Assembly: GCF_963676685.1 (NCBI RefSeq)
Contig: NC_092348.1
Location: 5,022,001-5,086,000 of the forward strand
DNA: 64,000 nucleotides
Reading direction: 5' to 3'
Origin: Mytilus edulis
Taxonomy: Eukaryota
Under the pieces are notes generated by a model. It searched no databases. It saw only the letters and a list, made by a program, of their open reading frames with translations, and had not been told where the DNA came from. Shown one piece after another: positions 46,001 to 58,800 of the stretch. Numbering within the stretch: position 1 is the stretch's first letter; each line of letters opens with the position of its first letter. The position numbers and the translations under genes are program-made.

Positions 46001-48288
46001 ATGTAATTTATACGTGTTTCTCGTTTCTCGTTTTTTTTATAGGTTATACTGTTGGTTTTCCCGTTTGAATGGTTTAACACTAGTAATTTTGGGGCCCTTT
46101 ATAGCTTGTTGTTTGGTGTGAGCCAAGGATCCGTGTTGAAGGCCGTACATTGACCTATACTGATTTACTTTTTTGAAATTGTTATTTGGATGGAGCGTTG
46201 TCTCATTAGCAGTCACACCATATCGTCCTATATCTATGTCACTTTGATAGACCTAACCAACGTGTACTAGATCTTGCCCAATTTTCGGTGACCATAGGAA
46301 TGAATAATTATTGAAGTTTTGTTTGAAAGACTTCATAACAGCATTATGTAACAATATTTTTTTTTGATAATTGTAAAATTTTATTGATGGAAAATAATTA
46401 GTAGGTTTAAAGAATTTCCCTTAATTATAATTTGAATTATTACTGGTCCTATAAAAATTTGCATTTTCATATGGCTCATTATAAAGAAAACATATCTTTC
46501 AAGCCCAAGAATGTTTGACCAACTGTTTTTATAATTACCTGCCATTTTATTCCAAACTCAGACATCATAAACTTGGGGTGAAGGTGGGGGACATTAACAT
46601 TTACTATGGACAGGTTAGTCAGACCTCACCTTTGATCCTTGTAGTAGTAAACATTTGTCTGATTTGTGTCTCATAACTTTTGTACTGTTGAACACAAACT
46701 CAGTTTTCTTTCCAGGGAAGCAAGTCCATTCATACTTTTACGAGCTCTTACTAAAGGCAACTTGAACTACTAACAGTCAACTTATACCAACGTTAACTAT
46801 CAACTAGAAGAACTACAATCATTGCAAACTTGTACCACTGCAGACTCATTACCATGAAAAAAATATACTGGATATATGCGATGCTTTTAAAACTTTGACA
46901 AAATATGAATTATTTGCCTTAATGATTAATTCATTAAATGAACATAAATGTACAATATATGACTGTCTAATGTTTGTTCATTTTAAAAAAATCTTTAAAA
47001 AAATTGAAGCAACATTGCCACAGTTTTTATAATTATGTTTGGCTTGGTTTTTGGTTAACTGCCTACAGCGCTTACGGTGCTTTGATTAAATTATGTCAGC
47101 AGTTTATGGTACCATCCAAGATTACCCCAAGAGGGAAACATTAAAACATTCGACCCTATAGGAAACATTCAAAGATATTTTCCAAGATGACCAACAGCTG
47201 TTAACAGAGTTTAACATTTAAACCTATGGTAAAACTTTCACAATTGTTTTCCTCTGGAACTAAATGGTCAATTAGAACCATACTTGGTCTCAACGACTCT
47301 TAAATGGTACCCTTTGAAAATTGTGTTCGACAGGTCAAGGTCCGTTCCAGTACATATCATACATCATGGAACTTAGTTTAACAATGGACCTTTAATAAGG
47401 AAAAATACTTCAAAGATCTTTTCTGAAACTTAGTCACAATGGTCCTTGGATCACTTGCTTTAAAATGTTAGTCCAGTAAGTTCGTTTCTAAACAAAAATT
47501 GTTGACAACATACATGTAACATATCAAAACATAACAGGACCTTAACATTGAAGAATCTTTTCCTCTGAAATTACTTGGCCAATGGGGTTATTGAGTGCAA
47601 ACAATACATTTTCTTTTAAGATAGGGTTGTTGTATATCAAATGAAAGGTCATGATATGAACATATGAAATATCAAATTCCCGACCTCCAAAAATAAGTTC
47701 AATAGGGTTATTAAGTGCAAAAATCAAACTTTCTAGAACATGGAGTTGTCGCATATAAAATGAAAGCTCATATACTCTATGTTACATATATCATACTTCC
47801 GATCTAAAAAAAAATTAGGCGGATGAGACCATTAAGTGTTATAAGCGAAAAGTTTTAGAAGGTATGCTTGTCGTATATCAAACGAAAGGTCGTACAAAGT
47901 ACATTACGAAAACATCACTTTAACAGGAAAGACCTTTCAATTGTTTTACAAACAATTGATATACTAGTTCTAGTTTGTAAACTGATGTAATAGAAATGAC
48001 TGATGCCAAATGTGATGCGCTAAAATATATCTAAGTGAATGAAAACCAAAAACTGAAAACAATATATAATTTAATTAACAAAGTACAACTTTTATTATCA
48101 CATGCCAAAGGTAATCAGAAATGGAGCATTCAATATCTTCAAACTCGTACTTAGAAAGCATGTAGCAAATGCACTAATGTACTATGGAGGCATATAGCAA
48201 ATGCACTAACCTAAATTCTGTTTTGAGAGCTTGGCTTTCCTTGGTTGGACTGAATATCAATCCTTAGAGAATTCAAGATAATAATCTA

Positions 48289-49038
48289 AAACAAGAGGCT
48301 GGCTGTCACAATGACAGCAAACCGGATTTATTATCATTTATTTTTGTCCTGCCAATATCACAAGAACCATAACTGATGGACGGTGAAAGTGAAAATTGTC
48401 AGTATCAAATTTGACCTCCACTTTGTCATCAGTATCAACATATTAAAATTTGAAAAGCTTAGATGGAATGGTTCATGAGTAAATGCAACCACTTGAATGG
48501 AAATGCCATTTCACATTCTTTCAAGAACCATAACTCCTAAACGGTAAAAGTCAAAATCGTCATTATTGAACTTGACCTTCATTTCGTCATCAATAATAAC
48601 ATATTAAAATTTGGGAAGATTTGGTAGAACAGTTCATGTGTAAATGCATGGACACGACTGGAAACTTCAATATTCTATCTTTCAAGAACCATAACTCCTG
48701 AACAGTAAAAGTCAAAATCGCCATTATTGAACTTGACCTTCATTTAGTTGTCAGTAACAACATATTAAAATTTTAAAAGCTTTGGTTGAACTGTTCATGA
48801 GTTAATGCACGGACACGACTGGAAACTCCATTTTTCCATCATTTAAGAACCATAACTCCTGAACGGTAAAAGTCAAATTCGCCATTATTGAACTTGACCT
48901 TCATTTAGTTATTAGTATTTTAAAAGCTTTGGTTGAACGGTTCATGAGTTAATGCACGGACAACATTTGATTGCCGCCCGCCCGGTCGCCGTACATCCCA
49001 ATCAATAACCGACATTTTTGTCCCTAAAATCCGGTTAA
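48289..49038 (-). mobile_element. Helentron-associated non-autonomous element (HINE-like) with 161-bp internal tandem repeats
   Basis: AACAAGAG end, short hairpin, subterminal IR AACCGGATT/AATCCGGTT and (CCGC)n microsatellite. CAAGAACCATAAC-like motifs recur at ~48361, 48522, 48683 and 48844. Confidence 0.7.
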
Positions 49039-49253
49039 CGAGTTCTATAAAATATATAAGTTTCTCAAAGGTTTTGCGACGGTGCAAATATTAAACTTTA
49101 CAATATAAATAGATATCCTTTACCAATGAATTCAAATAGCAAAAGCTATGCTATTTAACAAATATATAGCGAATAAGCTTCATCTAAATCATCAAATAAA
49201 GAAATATGAAATTTATAGTTTTAAACAAGGGAAATAATGATGACATAATAAAT

Positions 49254-49459
49254 TTTGTTTATATAGATTAGACCGTTGGTTTTCCCGTTTGAATGGTTTT
49301 ACACTAGTAATTTTGGGGCCCTTTATAGCTTGTTGTTCGGTGTGAGCCAAGGCTCCGTGTTGAAGGCCGTACTTTAACCTATAATGGTTTAATTTTTAAA
49401 TTGTTATTTGGATGGAGAGTTGTCTCATTGGCACTCACACCACATCTTCCTATATCTAT
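49254..49459 (-). repeat. Abundant SINE/MITE-like interspersed repeat (GAAGATGTGGTATGATTGCCAATGAGACAAC family)
   Basis: Related copies at ~32225, 34040, 41931, 46030-46235, 49520 and 61045. Confidence 0.7.
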
Positions 49460-51414
49460 CTACTAACTGCCACACTTGTATGAAATGCATTCAAATATCT
49501 TCTCTGAACTTACTTATAAAAAAGAAGATGTGGTATGATTGCCAATGAGACAACTATCCACAAAAGACCAAAATGACACAAACATTAACAATTATAGGTC
49601 AATTGGAACCAAACTTGTTTACATTGGTTCTTGTATTGATTCTTTTTAAACGATCTGGCATAGCGGGAACATAGTTAAACAGTTGCTCAAAACAACCAAT
49701 TGGAACAAAACCTAGTTCCCTTTGCAAATTGTTTTCGGCCGGTTTTGGTTTGATCCAAGGCCTCCGAGGGGAACAACGATTTCACATTGGACCCTGTAGG
49801 AGATAGTTTTAAATATTTGATGTTGAATTTACCGTTTTTGAGAAACACAGGCCAAAAGGGGTGAACCAAGAACAAATTGGAAATCAATTTTTTTTTGTCC
49901 GATTTTGATGAAGATGTTTGGAACAGAAATCATATGAAGGTATTTTAATGGATTATGTAATTTGTTGGCGGTTTTGAAAAAGAAGAGTACCAAAAAGGAT
50001 CTAGACTGAAAATGCTTCAACTTGATGAAACGAAAAATGTTGTTCGACATGTGTATACTTTATAGATTTATATTTTTATTTTGTAGATTTCATACATTGT
50101 GTTTTACTTAATTTTTTAAGTTTTTAGTTTATCGTTTCCAACAAACAAGAGGCCCAAATCGGGTCTAGAGATGTGATTGGCCCTTTCGGGGCGATTGAAT
50201 TGGATGGAGTCTAGCAATTTAATATGTCTACATTTACTTTGTGTCAACACTTACCCGAATGTACCCTTTATACGGTCGTTACTTGCTACGCTCTACGGAG
50301 CACATTTTTACACAGAATTTATAGAACTAATTGCAAACAAACTACTAGTAAATCCTTACAATAAATATATCTGTCAGGTATGTCTCCAATCGTAGATGGC
50401 CGCCCGCGGAAAACGTAGTGTAAGTGCATCTTATTTGGAAATGCATAGAAAGATCTTCTACTTACAAACTACTAAGCAAATTGAAGCAAAACTTATCATT
50501 GGATGGCCTTCTATCAAAATTGTGTTCGGCAGGACAGGGTACAATCCAACTTGATTGCCAGTGACGAACGTAGTTGAGATTATATATACCATATGGCGAA
50601 ATTTATTGAAAGATATTTTCTAAAAGTACAGTGCAAATTACAATGAAACTTGGTCACAATGATCTTTTAAAATGCACAGGCAAACTATGTCTGGTAGGTT
50701 CAAGACTATAACCCAAGATTGCAGGAATTACTAACAACATAGTTTAACATTGGACCCTGAGCTGAGGGCCAGGGGGATCAAAGATCTTAAACAAAACTAC
50801 TGAGACCAAACTTGATAACATTTGTTTTTGTATGAACACTTTTCAAGCAGTGCTATATCCATCCTTGATGGGCAATAACGAGGAACATACCTATTATATC
50901 GGGGTCTAAATTGGGCTGGCTTATGTAGCCACGGTTGATGTGAGCGATACAGTCTCTTAATAGTCTTTTGTTTCATATCCTAAAGTATTGGCGCAAAAAG
51001 TTTGTCATTAAACTAGATCCTTGAGTACAAGAAAGTAGAAACAAAACCATTCAAACGAATGCGATCAACATAGGAATATCATATCCCATTGGCAAACTTT
51101 TTTGTGCCGAGACCAGGCGTTACAAATCAGGCATGAGCTTTGTGTCAACACTTGCCCTACTGTTTGTTCCCTTGATAAATGTGATCGTATCATGCTGCAC
51201 TAGGCGTAGAGAGTATTTTCTTTTATATTTACCATAATCAACAACAAAAAATCTAGACCAAGAAACAGTATATAGTAACTCCTAGTAATTTTGTTTGATT
51301 TAATTCTTGTATGGTAAAACTAAATATCAAACCTACTTATATTATATATATAATTAACTTCTAAAAAAATGTTTATGCAAAATCATTATTGTATAAAAAA
51401 TGTATAGCAAATGT

Positions 51415-52665
51415 TCAATTCGGTAAGGCAGCAATCAATGTCCGAAACAATAGCTCTGCGTCATCGTATGATGTGATGATGGGAAACTGATCTCGTCTGT
51501 TTCCAGTAAGCAACTCGACAATGTTAATAAATTCATTGCTACAGCCATGCTCTGGAAAGTTCTCTGTATATTCCTCTATGAGATTGTCAATTGTTTGTAA
51601 GTTACATGGTAAAGGAAATGAACAGTCTCTTCCACCAAAGATCTCTGGCTGATAGTATAACATATTTGGAATACCACTTGGTGTTACAACTTCAGCACGT
51701 TGTCTTCTTATTCTATGTGAGTTCCAGTTCTCAGCAAACATGTCCAATTGATGTTGGATAACGGAGAGGAAACAAAATCGAACACATTCTTTATGTACTG
51801 GACACGATACATTAAGAAGTCCAGTGTCTTGGAAATCCTGGAAACGGTTTCTCCAAAACTGGGTGAAACTCGTTTTTAGTGTACCCCAAAGCCTTTCTAT
51901 TCTTTGATTTGCAACAGATCTGCCGACGAGAAAAGAATTTTGTCCCGACATTTCATCGTTTTGATTATGTCGCAACGATCTTTGTAAATCCCTCATTATG
52001 ACGTTTTCTGTTCCTGCATCCGATCGAACAACCCTTGGAAGCATCTTTCTTTGTTTGATCCAATTAAGATACCAGTAACCGACATATCTGGGGTTATTGT
52101 TGGAGGGACTTGCTATCAACCATAAAAGTTTACGAGAGTATCCATCGATTGCCCCATGTATAGCTATGCCGTAGGGTTTTAATTTATCGTAACCATCGAC
52201 ATGAATCAGATAGTTTGGTCCTCTATTGTAGTACACTCTCCTTCGAAGAACTCGATGCGATCTGTTAAGTACACCCTGTTGGTCTATTGTTCTTAAGCAA
52301 AGCCTTGCTCTTGATTGTGTGACGCAAAGTCCAAAGCCTATGTTCAGAGTCCTCCACATATACCTGTATCCAACATTAGACAGGCCATTACGGTGTAAAG
52401 CCAGGATTGTCCTTACAACTGTAGGTAATGGCGACTGGTTGTTACGCCGTCTGATATTTAATCTTCTCTTAAGTCTTTTTAACATGGAACAACTTATGAA
52501 TGTTCCGTGAACAAACAAGAGAAATCCACATATTTGAAGGGACGTGTAGCATAATTGATGATAGTATTGGACTAGTTCAGGCACAGAAGCATCATCGCCT
52601 GGGTAAGGTATTCCTGTAACGTCATGATCAGCAACACAAAGGAGACAACAGAGTAACTGAAACAT
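51415..52665 (-). CDS. IS3EU/IS481-like integrase-core transposase (intact frame)
   Basis: HVDGYDKLKPYG..IHGAIDGYSR, VRSDAGTEN, SVANQRIERLW and WNSHRIR. The 5' end may be spliced (TTTCAG acceptor just after the annotated ATG). Confidence 0.9.
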   Translation of the reverse strand: MFQLLCCLLCVADHDVTGIPYPGDDASVPELVQYYHQLCYTSLQICGFLLFVHGTFISCSMLKRLKRRLNIRRRNNQSPLPTVVRTILALHRNGLSNVGYRYMWRTLNIGFGLCVTQSRARLCLRTIDQQGVLNRSHRVLRRRVYYNRGPNYLIHVDGYDKLKPYGIAIHGAIDGYSRKLLWLIASPSNNNPRYVGYWYLNWIKQRKMLPRVVRSDAGTENVIMRDLQRSLRHNQNDEMSGQNSFLVGRSVANQRIERLWGTLKTSFTQFWRNRFQDFQDTGLLNVSCPVHKECVRFCFLSVIQHQLDMFAENWNSHRIRRQRAEVVTPSGIPNMLYYQPEIFGGRDCSFPLPCNLQTIDNLIEEYTENFPEHGCSNEFINIVELLTGNRRDQFPIITSYDDAELLFRTLIAALPN

Positions 52666-53832
52666 AAAGATAGAAATTACACGTATGATGTAATGATAAA
52701 ATGAAAAATCCGATTGGCTTGATATCTAAATAGGGTGTTCACTGTGACGTCATCAGCTTACTATAAAACTACTAGGAAATGCGCTGCGCCTTCACATTTA
52801 ATGGAATACGAAATGGAAAAATACACAGTAAGTTTTGACAATCCAAAATAAATCTTCATGGCGATATTTATAACATATTTCATTTTTACCCGTTATAGGT
52901 ATCAGGTATAAGCATATGATATTTTTACATTTGAACATGTTTTCATTTTCAAACAAGAGGACATATCTTCTTCCAGCATATTGCAATCGAATAAACATTT
53001 TAAAAGTCATCTGATGCCTAAACGAATTTATTTTGTTTGGTTGATTTTTGTACCATATCTTAAAGAAACAACGAATAGTGTACCTAATGAATAAAATTTG
53101 TTATGAAAAAAATATGTTTCAATTTTTGCTAAATTTGTTGTAACATCATGCCTCCTTAAACATGATATCTAGTTCTTTATCAATCATTGACTAATTTATA
53201 AAATTTGGTCGCATATTGTCAAAGTCAATCAACCATAAAAACAAGGCCAAGATCAAATTACAGGTATCAAAATGACATCCCCTGGTAGTGGGGAACCTCC
53301 TTGTCTAATATCATCAACCTAAGTCAAAGCTAAAATTACACTTCAGACTATCATCCCCTTGTAGTTGGAGACGTTAATGCCAAATATTATCAACCTTAGA
53401 CTTCTATTTCTTGAGATATGGACTTAAGCAGTAAACTCGGTTGCAAAATTGACTATTAGAGTTCTTCAGGGTCATTCAAGCATTTAAAATAGGTCAAAGA
53501 TAAATGGCACATGACTGACTGGCAAGAACAATATGTAGGAAATCTGCATCCTAAATATAAGAACCTTACTCGTTATGCTTCACGAGATAAAGACATGAAC
53601 AGCAAACTTGGTTGCAATGTTAACGCCATATATTCACCGTCGCCTGTAAAACCGTACCTACATGTCTCGCTTTTACTGCGCATGCTAGACAAAATATGAA
53701 GAAAACTTTATATCATGGTTCACTATATTTTTCGCTAGAGCCGTGTAAATGTGTGCTCATTTTTCCTATTTTGGTAATCCTTTATTTTTTGTAATTTTTG
53801 GCCGTTTAAGGTGCAGTTTTTACAAAAAATAA

Positions 53833-54335
53833 TATTAGTTACATAGTGTGTTAGTGACCTAATATGATATATACAGGGTCAGTAAATTCCATATGGGGTG
53901 AGAGCGAAGCTCGAATCCCATATGGAATTTACTGACCCTGTATATATCATATTAGGTCACTAGCACACTATGTAACGAATTTATCTTACCGACTATCTTT
54001 ATGTGTTGAATTTAGACTAAAGTTGTCTTATTTGCTTTCATAACACATCTCCTTATTTCTGTATTAAAGTGTTCAGGTGTTCAATTTTAAGAACCTACTT
54101 CAATTGATATGCACTAAAAAAACTAAAGTAAACGATAGATATTTATAATAAACAACCTTGATATAACAATATTAAAATTTGAAATAATCAAACAGTGCCT
54201 AAGTCGCAAATTCACTACTAACCTAATATTGAAATAAGCCCCGCCTCCCTACTAACCTAATATTGAATATACACGGTCTCCACGAGGTCGCTTTTAACCA
54301 ATAATATTCCTAAAAATGTATAGGAGGTAAGATAA
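53833..54335. mobile_element. Hairpin-headed non-autonomous element, no TSD (copy 1)
   Basis: Absent from the left arm at ~39652. Starts TATTAGTTACATAGTGTG, has a ~140-bp palindrome centred on GCGAAGC, and ends GGTAAGATAA. Confidence 0.85.
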
Positions 54336-55217
54336 ATCACAATACAGTATTAAACCTTTTTCATACTTTCCACGAAGATGGAGCTGATTAGTCTAAATGA
54401 AGAAAAACATTATAAAAACTATACAAGAAAGTTTTGACAAATTTTGTTTGTTTTTAAGCCAAAGTGTGTTGATTTGATGTTCGATGTCAGCAACATATTT
54501 CTTTGTTTTACTTTCAACATTACCTTTAAAATATTGCTTGATTCCATAGTCTTTGACCATTTATTAGACGGGCAGGTGACCAAGCAGCTGAAATAGACGA
54601 TATTTCTTCAATTGAAATGTTTAATGAATAGCAAAATCTTCTAATCGGTCAATATCAAAATAAAGTGAACACATATTTCGTTTCGCATCATGCTTTTCTA
54701 CCTGGCATTAGTGGCGAATCCAGGGGGTCCGGGGTTTGGAACCCTTTTTTACATTTATTTGGAAGATCAATGCAATTGAATGGGGACATATAGTTGGAAC
54801 TCCCCTTTATCGTGGGCTAGGATCCCCATACCCGACCCTTATAAATGACAAGATCCACCCTGCTAGTTGTGAATCAAATTATTTGTTTAGATTACTAATT
54901 TTTTTTTTTTTGCTCAGCTGTTATGAATTAAATGAGTCATGGAGATTGATCTACAAAGGACTCTGAAAGGCGAAAGGGAGGGACCATTCAGTTTTTTTCC
55001 ATTTTTCATTGACAGTCGTACAGAACGGGTAGTGTACTTGTGATGGGATGGTGGGGAGAGGGGTGAAACCCTTTAAGTAGAATATATCTTTAATAATAGC
55101 AGACGTCTTACTCTAGATCTTATCACAGGTCACGTTAAACTGTAACTTTTCAATGCCCTTTCATTCAAACAATAACGTTTTTTCTCCCTATGATCTTTTT
55201 CATTTTGTGTTCAGTAT

Positions 55218-55810
55218 TATTAGTTACATAGTGTGCTAGTGACCTAATACGGTATATATGGGGTCAGTAAATTTTATATGGGGTGAAAGCGAAGCTCGAA
55301 TGCCCATATGGAATTTACTGACCCCATATATACCGTATTACGTCACTAGCACACTATGTAACGAATTTATCTTACCGACTATCTTAACGTGTGAAATTAA
55401 GACTAGTAATTCTCAAAACGAGCAAGTCTTCAATACTGTTAGCACTAAGAAAATACTTCCATTTATCCTACAAAAACAGATGCCAACAATAATGACTTGT
55501 AAGGTTTAAATGTGTTTTATGAATTTGTTTCAATCTTAATCATCAATTTCTTCGTCTGTTGGAACTTTGAAGATTTTTTCTCAGTATCGTTTTGTTTTTT
55601 ATAAAGGGACATAACACCATTACTAACCGTGTATGAAATAAGCCCCGCCCCCTTCTTACCTAATAAGGAATATAAAGGGACGTAACTCCACTACTAACCG
55701 TGTATGAGATAAGCCCCGCCTCCCTACTAACCTAATATCAAATATACACGGTTTGCACGCGGACGCTTTTAACCAATCATATTCCTGGAAATGTATAGGA
55801 GGTAAGATAA
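55218..55810. mobile_element. Hairpin-headed non-autonomous element, no TSD (copy 2)
   Basis: Absent from the left arm at ~38774. Same ends and hairpin as copy 1, with a different middle. Confidence 0.85.
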
Positions 55811-58800
55811 TGCTTCATATTAAAATATAACGCTAAGTCTCCAAAGAAAACAAATATAAACTTACTTATGACTCGTTTCCACTGATCCCGCTGATGTTGT
55901 TGCTGTCGATCTCCATCTTTAATGTGTCAGCACAGGAAGTAAAATACGGACCGTGGGAATCTGACCGTGAGAACGAATAAAGTTAACATCAAATAAGCAA
56001 GTTGACTTAATTAATAAACAAGTCGACTTCTTATTTTATGTCATTTACATCTATATTAGCAAGTGGACATTGTAATAAAAACTTTATCTACATCATTCCG
56101 ACAAGTTGACTTCAACATGATGATTTAATATCAAATAAACAAGTTGTCGACTTAATCAATTAATAAGTTGAATTCAACGTGTCGACTTCTTATTACTATG
56201 CCATTATATTTATATCAGCAAGTCGACATTGTAAAACAATTTTTCTACATCATTCCGACAACTTGACTTCAACTTGATGATAAGATTCCAGCTTATAACA
56301 CACAACTTGACTAATAATTCCGACTTATTAGCAACAAAATAACTTTACAAGGGGTGTACCATATGCGCTTCCATACCCAGTCGTTTAAGTTTTCGGATAA
56401 AGTAAACAGATACTACCAAAAAGTCTGAAACTATCAAATTTTATAAATACAAACTACGAAACAACAGCTACAGCCAGTGTAGAGGTCGTCGGGCAATAGG
56501 TATCAACGTCCTGTCACTGACATCTTTCAAGCTGGGCAATTGTATTTTTTTAAATCTTTTTCTATGCATGCAATTTGACGATTTGACAAACACAATTTAA
56601 ATAAAAGATATTGCAGTGAACACACAAATTAAGAAAGAAAGAAGTCGGTGAATTTGTAGTATTGTGCTGTGCTGGGGAATTTGATTTGTTTTAAACGTTG
56701 AGCGCAATCATTGCATTGCTCAAAGTTACGTATGTAATTGTAATATACGTATAGTATATCATTCGGCTGAACAGGTTATAGGGATTCACTAATTGTTATT
56801 GCTGAAATAAAGGAATATTTATAGATGTTCAGCAGTTCGTAATACATCATTGATGACAAACGAATCTTGACTTTTTGCTCTTCAGCATTTCAAGAAAGTG
56901 CCTAAATGTTCCTTGAGAAAACCATTGAAAACGTTTGATGTTACCATTAGAAAAAGAAATCTTAAAAATTATATGACCGGAAAGTGCTTGAACATATGTT
57001 TTGTTCTGTTTTTCGTTATTCATTTCCTCTCATTTTGCACTGTGTAAATTAGAAGTACAAGTGTAACTGTCAAACGCGCCATTTCTTTTCTAGTGTTGAT
57101 GAAATTAGCGAGCTATTAACCCGAAACTTCCGAACTTTCATTTCAGCTATCGTCTGTTGTTGCCGCACGCGCTCAGATTATTAATTTTAAAACAATTAAG
57201 AGAAAGTGATTATGTTTCGCTACAAGTTGATGATAATGATCTCTTTTACCGGATGCAGATTTGAATTTCTGAATTACTGAGATTTAGCTGTCAACGCGTG
57301 TGAGGTGTTAACAGATGTCTAAATAAAAGATGGATAGAATTATTTGTTGATACTTTGTTCTACAAAGAATCCTTTTTTGTTACGTAATTGCGAAATTAAG
57401 AGAATTTGTATGACGTGTGCATTTTGGTAATATTTGAAGTATATGCATATTATGGCCTCCCTCAATTTCGTTTTTTTCCCCTCAAATTTAATTTCTGTGA
57501 CTCGTTTTTTTAACTGATAAATTGGGTGTTGATAGCAGTTCTCTGAAGGTTCCATTTAAAAATATATTTTTTTCTACAGTCGGGGCGAAATAGAACTTGA
57601 CATTTTGTATAGATACCTAACATATCTGTTTTATTTTGACGAGGACTATAGATGATAACCTGTAGATGTCTATTGGATTTCGTGTCGTTAGGTTGTTGTT
57701 TCTGTTGGATTTTGAAATAGCCGATAATAATTGATCCAGATCTTCAATGAAATGTGCAAATTTTGAAAGTTTTATTTGATTCGTGTGTAAGGCTTTTCAT
57801 GTGAATATAGAAAATGTGTTTGTTTTATCTAATTACGGCTGTATTTTCTAAATAGCACAATATATTTGGTCGATTCCTTGTTTTATAAACTTTGCCTCAT
57901 AAGGGGAAATAACTCAGAATAAAGTATCAATTTATTATAATAGAAATTTTAATACGTAGCAAGAAAACGAGTCCGGTGACCCTATTTGCAGTCTTTTTCT
58001 AATCTGAAAGCATGTTATTAGAACATTTTCTCACATTTTATCATGAAATTTTATGGTGTAGTTTTCTTTTTATCACACAAAATTAGATTTTCCATATTAA
58101 ATAAATCTTTACAAAATCTGACAATTTTGCACAACCGGTGACTTTTTATTATATTTTGGAAAAAACATGATTAAAACTACGCTTTGACAAATTATTAAAA
58201 ATTTCTATGGATTTCCCCACATCCACCTTAACACGCCGCTTCCTATAAATACAACCTAACTTTATACTCGGGTTGACAGCTTCTTTAAAATACCGCTTAG
58301 TTAAACATTTCATGCTATACCGTTTAGTTTAATAATATGAATTGATAAAGACAAATTTTAATATCACAAAAATCCTCTTTACCATCATTAAACTGATAAT
58401 AATAATGGTGACCTAATCATGGAAAGTTGATATTTTTTATACTAAATATTTAATATTTTTTGTAAAACAATTTATAAAATGATAAATGCATGTGGCTATG
58501 AACTCAAAGTGTATTTTTAATGAACATAAATGTCAGTCAAAATATGTAATCTTTACTATGAATTGAAATATATAAAATACTTCCACGATTATCACTACGG
58601 TATTTCTGGTGAAGACATGGATTTTTGTTCTGTGAAATATTTTTATCATTACAATTCTATCCATGTCCTTTGTTTTCAATTTTGTTGTTGTCATTGTATC
58701 ATGCAAACACAACACTTTGATTTTAATTATAAAGTTCAGTACACTGTGTGAGTTTAAATTACAAGATGTAAACATTTTATCGGTATCGAAAAAACTTATT

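Larger units (their letters stand above)
38246..56375. mobile_element. 18.1-kb IS3EU-type DNA transposon with ~3-kb inverted arms
   Basis: Termini TATGGAAGCGCATATGG / CCATATGCGCTTCCATA and an exact 6-bp TSD CCCAGT (38240-38245, 56376-56381). Arms 38246-41295 and 52195-56375; encodes a DDE transposase. Confidence 0.9.
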
